From assembly GCA_030167145.1 (NCBI GenBank), contig CP126532.1:3390001-3422000 (forward strand): 32,000 nt of DNA. The letters are read 5' to 3'. This stretch comes from Ktedonobacterales bacterium (GTDB lineage: Bacteria; Chloroflexota; Ktedonobacteria; Ktedonobacterales; JADMIN01). A program made the translations under genes and the position numbers. Of the stretch, positions 26,575 through 32,000 are shown piece by piece; the first letter of the stretch is position 1, and the number at the start of each line of letters is the position of its first letter. The notes under the pieces are model-generated. The model had not been told where the DNA came from. It made no database searches and saw only the letters and a list, made by a program, of their open reading frames with translations.

Positions 26575-27020
26575 TGGGGAAACCGATGGCTCAGCCGATG
26601 GCTCAGCCGATGGCGACGGTCTCTGCGATGGCGGGGAACCCAACGGTGGCGGTGAGGTCAGCGAAGGGTACGGGTAAGGGAGCGATATCGGCGGTCTCGA
26701 AAGCGGTCTCGCAGGCTTCGAAGCCCGCGCCCAGGAATGCGAAGGCGTCGGCGAAACCAATGAAACCAATGAAACCAATGAAACCAATGAAACCAATGCA
26801 GCCGGGTAAGCAGTCGGGTAAGCAGCCGGGTAAGCAGTCAGCGCCATTGCCCAAACTGTTATTGACACCGATGGAGGCTGCGCAGGTGTTGGGGATGAGC
26901 CGAACGCGGCTGTATGCCAAGTTGATGCGTGGGGACATCTTCTCGGTGAAAGATGGTCGTGTGCGACTGGTGCCCTATGCGGCGATAGAGGCGTACATCT
27001 CGTCGCTGATGGTGGCGTGA
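26574..27020 (+). CDS. xis: Excisionase-family (MerR-like) HTH DNA-binding protein with a repeat-rich N-terminal half
   Basis: The C-terminus LLTPMEAAQVLGMSRTRLYAKLMRGDIFSVKDGRVRLVPYAAIEAYI matches the excisionase/HTH_17 pattern. It lies immediately upstream of the integrase. AGGAGG at 26561-26566 is 7 nt before ATG 26574. Confidence 0.75.
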   Translation: MGKPMAQPMAQPMATVSAMAGNPTVAVRSAKGTGKGAISAVSKAVSQASKPAPRNAKASAKPMKPMKPMKPMKPMQPGKQSGKQPGKQSAPLPKLLLTPMEAAQVLGMSRTRLYAKLMRGDIFSVKDGRVRLVPYAAIEAYISSLMVA

Positions 27021-27086
27021 GTTTCGGTGAAACCGGCGGTAGCGTAGCGTAGCAACGTTCATAAGCCTATACAGAGGGGTGTCTGT

Positions 27087-28319
27087 ATGCCATCGGGTAC
27101 GTCGGGTACGTCGGGTACGTCGGGTACGAGGCGCGGGCATGGTGAGGGGACGATCTTCAAGCGTGCGGATGGCCGGTGGGTGGCGCAGCTTTCTTTGGAA
27201 GGGGGCAAGCGGAAGAGCTACACGGCGAAGACACGGCAGGAGGCGCAGCGGAAGCTTGCGGAGGCGCGGCGCGATTACGAGGCGGGTCTGCCGGTGGCCG
27301 ATGATCGCCTGAGTGTGGGGCGGTATCTGGCGACGTGGTTGGAGACCATGCAGCCGCCGGTGGTAGACCGGCGGACGTGGGAGCGCTATGAGCAGATGGT
27401 GCGGCTGCATCTGGCGCCAGAAGTGGGGACGGTGCGGCTCTCGCAGCTTTCGGGTCAGCGGTTGCAGGTGCTGTATGCGGCGAAGTTGGCGGCGGGTCTC
27501 TCGACGACGACGGTGCATCACCTGCATTCGGTGGTGCATAAGGCATTGGAGGCGGCGGTGCGTTTGGGCATCATTGCGCGCAATGTTGCGGATCTGGTGG
27601 ATGCGCCGCCGATCCGGTCGCGTGAGATGCATCCTTTGACGCTGGCGCAGGTGCAGGCGCTGTTCGCGGTGTTGGCGCGGACGCAGGACCGTTTGGAGGC
27701 GCTGTATATCCTGGCGGTTTCGACGGGGATGCGCCAGGGCGAACTCTTTGCGTTGCGGTGGGCTGACGTGGAGCTTGACGGAGGGCTTGGCTCCGATGGC
27801 GGAGCTTCGCCGGTGCTGCGGGTGCGGCGGTCGCTGCAAGAGAATCAATTGGGACTGGTGTTCAAAGAGCCAAAGACGAGGCGTTCACGCAGGCAGATCG
27901 CGCTCTCGGAGCCAGCGGTGGAGGCGCTGCGGCGGCATCGGGTGCGTCAGCATGAGGAGCGCCTGCTGCTGGGTGCGGCATGGGGCACGAACGAAATGGG
28001 TGAACGACTGGATCCGTCCTGCCATGATCTGGTCTTTTGCAGCGCGTTGGGTCGTCCGCTGCGGCCGTCGGTGTATCGGCGCCGGTTGCCGCGGCTGCTG
28101 GAACTGGCGGGGCTGCCGCGTGTGCGCTTCCATGATCTCCGCCACACCTGCGCGACGCTGCTGCTGGCGGCGCGGGTGAATCCGAAGGTGGTGTCGGAGA
28201 TGCTGGGACACTCGACGGTGGCGATCACGCTGGACATCTATTCGCATGTTGTGCCGGACATGCAGCAAGACGCCGCTGCGGTGATGGGCGCGATGCTCAT
28301 GACGTCGCTGGTGGGGTGA
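27087..28319 (+). CDS. int: Tyrosine recombinase / phage-type integrase
   Basis: N-terminal SAM-like domain: GTIFKRADGRWVAQLSLEGGKRKSYTAKTRQEAQRKLAE. Catalytic region: TGMRQGELFALRWADV (R), HDLRHTCATLLLAARVNPKVVSEMLGHSTVAITLDIYSHV (H-x-x-R ... H ... Y). Confidence 0.95.
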   Translation: MPSGTSGTSGTSGTRRGHGEGTIFKRADGRWVAQLSLEGGKRKSYTAKTRQEAQRKLAEARRDYEAGLPVADDRLSVGRYLATWLETMQPPVVDRRTWERYEQMVRLHLAPEVGTVRLSQLSGQRLQVLYAAKLAAGLSTTTVHHLHSVVHKALEAAVRLGIIARNVADLVDAPPIRSREMHPLTLAQVQALFAVLARTQDRLEALYILAVSTGMRQGELFALRWADVELDGGLGSDGGASPVLRVRRSLQENQLGLVFKEPKTRRSRRQIALSEPAVEALRRHRVRQHEERLLLGAAWGTNEMGERLDPSCHDLVFCSALGRPLRPSVYRRRLPRLLELAGLPRVRFHDLRHTCATLLLAARVNPKVVSEMLGHSTVAITLDIYSHVVPDMQQDAAAVMGAMLMTSLVG

Positions 28320-28520
28320 CCGTGCGCAGCCGGTAGGACTCTGATGGCTCGTTTGTTTTCCATATGGGCGTTTGGTTGATAGTTGATCTGGTATCGGAGC
28401 GGTGGTTTGGAGGTTTTGCTGTCAGTTTTGCTGTCATGAGCGTGAAATGGGGAGTTGAGACGAGTGCAGTTGGCGGAGATGTCCGAGGGACGACATGGTA
28501 CGAAGTCGGAATACAAACGG

Positions 28521-28617
28521 GGCAGAGGCGTATGGGAGTCGAACCCACCTCCGACCGCACGGGCGGCCGGACAACGATTTTGAAGATCGCGAGACCCACC
28601 GGGGCCTGTACACCTCC
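28521..28617 (-). tRNA. selC: tRNA-Sec (selenocysteine), anticodon UCA
   Basis: The minus-strand read is GGAGGTGT-AC-AGGCCC-CGGT-GGGTCT-C-GCGAT-CTTCAAA-ATCGT-[long variable arm TCCGGCCGC-CCGT-GCGGTCGGA]-G-GTGGG-TTCGACT-CCCAT-ACGCCTCT-G-CC. It has an 8-bp acceptor stem, a 6-bp D-stem with a 4-nt CGGT loop, the CTTCAAA anticodon loop and a 5-bp T-stem. This is the bacterial 8/5 tRNA-Sec architecture and is closely parallel to E. coli selC. The CCA end is not fully encoded (GCCC). Confidence 0.9.
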
Positions 28618-28689
28618 ATGGCAATCCGCGGCAGTGAACGCTGCTCTGCGGCTCTCTTACTGTGCCACGCCGGAGAAGGTGAGGTCAAT

Positions 28690-28752
28690 AGTCTCACAAG
28701 CTGAGCATACAACGAGCACGCCCCAGGGATGTTTCCTGAAGCGCGCCCGTTG
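28690..28752 (-). repeat. Copy 1 of a roughly 60-nt hairpin repeat unit (terminator/REP-like), downstream of the MMPL gene
   Basis: aacgagcacgccccagggatgtttcctgaagcgcgcccgttg aligns with 31441-31483. The outer stem pairs fully, with G-U wobbles, only in the minus-strand transcript sense. The flank gcttgtgagactattg is also shared. Confidence 0.6.
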
Positions 28753-28865
28753 TCGTGGGTTGGGGCCAGACCGGTGTCCGTCGCAAGAAGGAGAACGGCA
28801 TCAGCCGCAGTTCATCCCGATTCAGGCGCCGATGCGCTGCCCCAGCAGTTCAAGACAAGCGGGTA

Positions 28866-31181
28866 TCATGCCTTTCTGGTTGTTGATCCCAATGGTTGGG
28901 CGTCATGTGTGGAGGCGCTCCACGTGGTGGTTCTGCTGATCGGGGCAAGCGTTTCACCGGCAGTGCTCTTTAAGAGGCTACTGTGCGGCCAGACCCAGTT
29001 CCAGCGCCCCAGCATCGTTGCGATAGCAGGCACCAGCAGCGGACGCACGACAAAGGTATCCAGCAGGATGCCAATTACAATCGTGAAGCCCAGTTGAGCA
29101 ACACTTACGATAGCATTGCCGGTGAGGCGCGAGAAGCTGGCGGCCATGACTAATCCGCAGGACGACACCACGCCGCCAGTGAGCGCAATCGCCGTGGCGA
29201 TCCCTTTGCGCTGCCCAAGCTGTTGCACTTCCTCGCGGATGCGTGCGATGGTCAGGATATTGAAATCCTCGCCCAACGAGACCAGGAAGACGAAGGCAAA
29301 GATGGGCACAGTCGAGAACAGCGGCTGACCCATGATGTCGTGATAGACGAGGTTGGTGATGCCTACCGCCGCCAGGGCTGAAAGCGCAATCGTCGCCAGC
29401 AGGTAGATCGGGGCCGTCAGGCTGCGCACCAGGAGCGCTAGGATCAGGTAGGTGGCAAGACATACCAGGATGACAATGAGCGTGAAATCATGCCCAAAGG
29501 TGATGACTTCATCACGTACCGTGGCACTTTGGCCGGATACCAGCACTTTGGCTTCGTTCAGGGATGTGCCATGTTGCGCCTGCGCGGCAGCCTGATAGAT
29601 GGCGTCTACTGCCTGCCGGGCTTCTAGCGAGGAGGGGTCAACATCGAGCGAGAGCGTGATGGCTACGGCGTTGCCATCCGTCGCGAAGAATTGTCGCACC
29701 GCTTCTGGCTGATCGGTGGCCGATGGACTCTGTACATCGGTGACATGTGGCACGTGTGAGAGCGCCGTTGCCAATTGGGCAATCGTATCGCTGTACTGCG
29801 CCTGGCGTAGGTCATGCCCAGGTGCATCGAGGATCACCCGCACTTGTGACGCATTTTTGAAGTGCATCTGGTACGCATTGAATGCCTGGACGGCAGGGGA
29901 CGAAGCCGGTAACGACTGTAAGTCATCGAACGACGGTTGTAGCGTGATGGTCGAGATGGCCAGCGGCAAAAGCGCCACCGTTGCCACCAGGGCGACTGCA
30001 CGTGGATGAGTCGTGACCATCCGCCCCGCACGTGCCCAGATGCCCTTTGCGGTCGCAGTGGCGTCGGTTAGCGTGCCTGGACGCGGTTGCGCGGGCCAGA
30101 AGAGCGCCTTGCCACACAACGCCATCAGCGCGGGCAAGAGAGTGAGGCCAGCCAGCAAGAGGCAGGCTACGCCTACCGCGGTAGCAGGACCAGTGACGCG
30201 CAATTCGTACAGTTGCGCTAGCCCCATGATCGCGGTCGCAACAACCACCGTCGTTGCGCTTGACATGAGCGATTCGCCGATGCGGCCCACAGTGTGCGCC
30301 AGCGCGTCGCATCGCGCAGCGCGGTCGTTCCGGCTGGCACGCCGTATCTCTTCGCGGTAGCGCGAGAGCATGAACACGCCATAGTTGGTTCCGGCGCCCA
30401 GAAGCACAAAGGCTACATATTGCAGGCTAAAGGGCGCGACGGCCAACCCAAAGGTCTGCCCCAGCCACGCGATCAGCGGAATGGACAAGCCGAGGGCCAT
30501 AGCTACGGTGATGAGTGGTATCAGCACAGCCAGCGGCGACCGATAGACGATGCCCAGCACCACCAGAATGATGAGCAGGCCAATTAGCGACCCCACACCA
30601 ACACTGCCACTAAAGGTTCCGGAGGTGATGTCATACCCGATGGGCGCATTGCCCGTAAGACCTAGTGTGCCGCCGGATGGCAGGTGCTGCTGCGATAGGT
30701 AGGTATTAATGGCGTGGATCGAGGCGTCAGGTATAGACTCGTTGGCGGTGTCCCAGATGAGAATCATGCGCAGCGCCTGGTGATCGCTACTCTCGAAGGC
30801 GCCTGCCGGAGTCTGGAGGGTAGGTCCCGATACCGCCAGTAGCTGTGCGGGGCGCGTTTCAGGGCTCATCAGCCAGGCCGCGATCTGCTGAGCCAGGGCG
30901 ATATCCGCCGACGAAATGCCCTGTGGATCGGTGAGCACAAGCGCGTCGGTTTCCTTATGCGCAGTGGCTTGCCCGGCGGCAAATTTGGTGGTGTAGAGAT
31001 GGTCTGCTTGTATGCTCGGCGCTGAGGCAGGTAGTGATGAGGTAGAATGCTGTGTTGCAGCTACGGCACTGAGCGAGGGGCCGAATTTCATTGCAGCGGT
31101 AACGAGGATGATCCAGACCACAATGATGAGCAAAGGCCAGCGGGCTACAAAACGCCCCCATCTTTCCAGTATAGCTCCCAT
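28866..31181 (-). CDS. MMPL-family (RND superfamily) membrane transporter
   Basis: Two repeated 6-TM bundles carry the family hallmarks YGVFMLSRYREEIRRA and GEDFNILTIARIREEV. Start set at ATG 31181 (MGAILERWGRFVARWPLLIIVVW), with AGGAG upstream. The ORF-track start at 31391 adds a non-hydrophobic leader. Confidence 0.9.
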   Translation of the reverse strand: MGAILERWGRFVARWPLLIIVVWIILVTAAMKFGPSLSAVAATQHSTSSLPASAPSIQADHLYTTKFAAGQATAHKETDALVLTDPQGISSADIALAQQIAAWLMSPETRPAQLLAVSGPTLQTPAGAFESSDHQALRMILIWDTANESIPDASIHAINTYLSQQHLPSGGTLGLTGNAPIGYDITSGTFSGSVGVGSLIGLLIILVVLGIVYRSPLAVLIPLITVAMALGLSIPLIAWLGQTFGLAVAPFSLQYVAFVLLGAGTNYGVFMLSRYREEIRRASRNDRAARCDALAHTVGRIGESLMSSATTVVVATAIMGLAQLYELRVTGPATAVGVACLLLAGLTLLPALMALCGKALFWPAQPRPGTLTDATATAKGIWARAGRMVTTHPRAVALVATVALLPLAISTITLQPSFDDLQSLPASSPAVQAFNAYQMHFKNASQVRVILDAPGHDLRQAQYSDTIAQLATALSHVPHVTDVQSPSATDQPEAVRQFFATDGNAVAITLSLDVDPSSLEARQAVDAIYQAAAQAQHGTSLNEAKVLVSGQSATVRDEVITFGHDFTLIVILVCLATYLILALLVRSLTAPIYLLATIALSALAAVGITNLVYHDIMGQPLFSTVPIFAFVFLVSLGEDFNILTIARIREEVQQLGQRKGIATAIALTGGVVSSCGLVMAASFSRLTGNAIVSVAQLGFTIVIGILLDTFVVRPLLVPAIATMLGRWNWVWPHSSLLKSTAGETLAPISRTTTWSASTHDAQPLGSTTRKA

Positions 31182-31424
31182 AGTACACGTGCTCCTGTGT
31201 TCCAAACGAGGGTGAAGGACAAACGACCAGGGGATACTTCCCCGGCGCCAAGAGGCTTTGTTCTCCATAATCCTGTTGACAGGAAGCAGTGTATCCTTTG
31301 CTCGCAGGAAGCGCGTCGGTCTGGAGATTGATTTGAGGTGGAGGTTGAAGGTGTCGTTTTCTCCACCCACGGGTGGAGAGCTGCGAGGCATGGGGAGTGG
31401 TAAACGGGCATGTGTTCGTGAGAT

Positions 31425-31483
31425 CTATTGTACTCAAAGCAACAGGCGCGCCCCAGGGGAGATCCCCCGAAGCGCGCCCGTTG
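31425..31483 (-). repeat. Copy 2 of the roughly 60-nt hairpin repeat unit, immediately downstream of the clpC-like gene
   Basis: aacaggcgcgccccaggggagatcccccgaagcgcgcccgttg. A 7-bp GC core stem (31445-31451 with 31472-31478) is extended by outer pairs and an inner gggg/cccc stem. It lies 16 nt after the clpC-like stop. The flank gctttgagtacaatag is similar to copy 1. Confidence 0.6.
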
Positions 31484-31498
31484 TTGTGTGTCGTGCGG

Positions 31499-32000
31499 TT
31501 ATTCGCCGCTGCCAGCTTCGCCGGCAGAGAGCGCGGCTTCTGGCGGCGGTGGTAGCTCGCGCAGCATGTCTTCGCGGCGCTCGCGCACCTCCAGGACGAC
31601 GGTGCCGTCGCGGACGACGGTCTCGACGATGTCGCCGGGGCGGAACTTGCCTTGCAGCAGGCCCTCGGCCAGCGGATCTTCGACGAGGTTCTGGATGGTG
31701 CGGCGGAGCGGACGCGCGCCGTATTGCGGGTCGTAGCCCTTGGTCACCAGGAAGTCCTTCGCGTCGTCGGGGACCAGCAATTCGACTTGCTGCTCGGTGA
31801 GCTGCACGCGCACGCGCGAGAGCATCAGGTCAACGATCTGGCGCACATGCTCCTGGCGCAGGCTGTGGAAGACCATGATCGCGTCTATGCGGTTGAGGAA
31901 CTCGGGCTTGAAGGTGTTCTTCAGTTCGCCAAGGACCTTGTCGCGCATGCGGTCATATTCGGCCTGGGCCTGCTTATCCTTGTCGTTGCTGTGCATGAAG
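31499..32000 (-). CDS. clpC: ClpC/ClpA-type AAA+ chaperone ATPase, C-terminal part (the gene continues beyond the window)
   Basis: FKPEFLNRIDAIMVFHSL (sensor 2 region) and GYDPQYGARPLRRTIQNLVEDPLAEGLL (ClpB_D2-small signature). The frame is open to nt 32000. Confidence 0.85.
   Translation of the reverse strand, partial: FMHSNDKDKQAQAEYDRMRDKVLGELKNTFKPEFLNRIDAIMVFHSLRQEHVRQIVDLMLSRVRVQLTEQQVELLVPDDAKDFLVTKGYDPQYGARPLRRTIQNLVEDPLAEGLLQGKFRPGDIVETVVRDGTVVLEVRERREDMLRELPPPPEAALSAGEAGSGE

Larger units (their letters stand above)
21700..28520. mobile_element. Putative small integrative element (about 6.8 kb) inserted at the tRNA-Sec 3' end; left boundary not resolved
   Basis: A tyrosine integrase and excisionase sit about 200 nt from the 3' end of tRNA-Sec. 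Divergent HTH regulators share a consensus promoter. All other ORFs are hypothetical. A 470-nt AT-richer non-coding gap (21238-21708) marks the left side. No convincing direct repeat of the tRNA 3' end was found by eye. Confidence 0.5.

Overview
High-GC bacterial chromosome segment, roughly 60-70% GC with a low-GC block. The protein styles (TIR-MCP fusion, pentapeptide-channel fusion, many in-frame micro-repeats) suggest a Chloroflexota/Ktedonobacteria-like or actinobacterial host, but that is only a guess. There are three parts. (1) 1-3.3 kb holds a 5'-truncated TIR-HAMP-MCP signalling protein and a pentapeptide-repeat/ion-channel fusion. (2) 3.4-16.2 kb is one long minus-strand array built on a Type I restriction-modification system (hsdM, hsdS, hsdR). 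Every junction of that system carries extra genes. Between hsdM and hsdS sit an XRE-ImmA(M78) protein with a MazE-like tail, a MazF toxin, and an unknown ~193-aa gene translationally coupled to hsdS. Between hsdS and hsdR, the position PrrC occupies in the E. coli prr locus, sit a double zinc-ribbon protein with an R-x4-H HEPN-like motif and a 2-TM protein. Downstream of hsdR sit a DUF1643-like ORF and an unknown 521-aa protein. This decorated R-M locus is the best candidate for an undescribed defence system. (3) After housekeeping-type genes (Leu/Phe/Val dehydrogenase, a sigma/anti-sigma pair), a roughly 6.8 kb integrase-bearing element lies against a tRNA-Sec (selC, anticodon UCA) gene. It carries divergent HTH regulators, an excisionase and a tyrosine integrase. 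An MMPL transporter and the 3' end of a clpC-like gene follow. Nucleotide-level oddities include a conserved hairpin with compensatory stem changes inside two unrelated coding genes, a repeated roughly 60-nt hairpin unit downstream of two minus-strand genes, and many in-frame 9-12 bp tandem repeats. No CRISPR array or rRNA was seen. All calls come from reading the sequence and ORF translations by eye; no database search was run.
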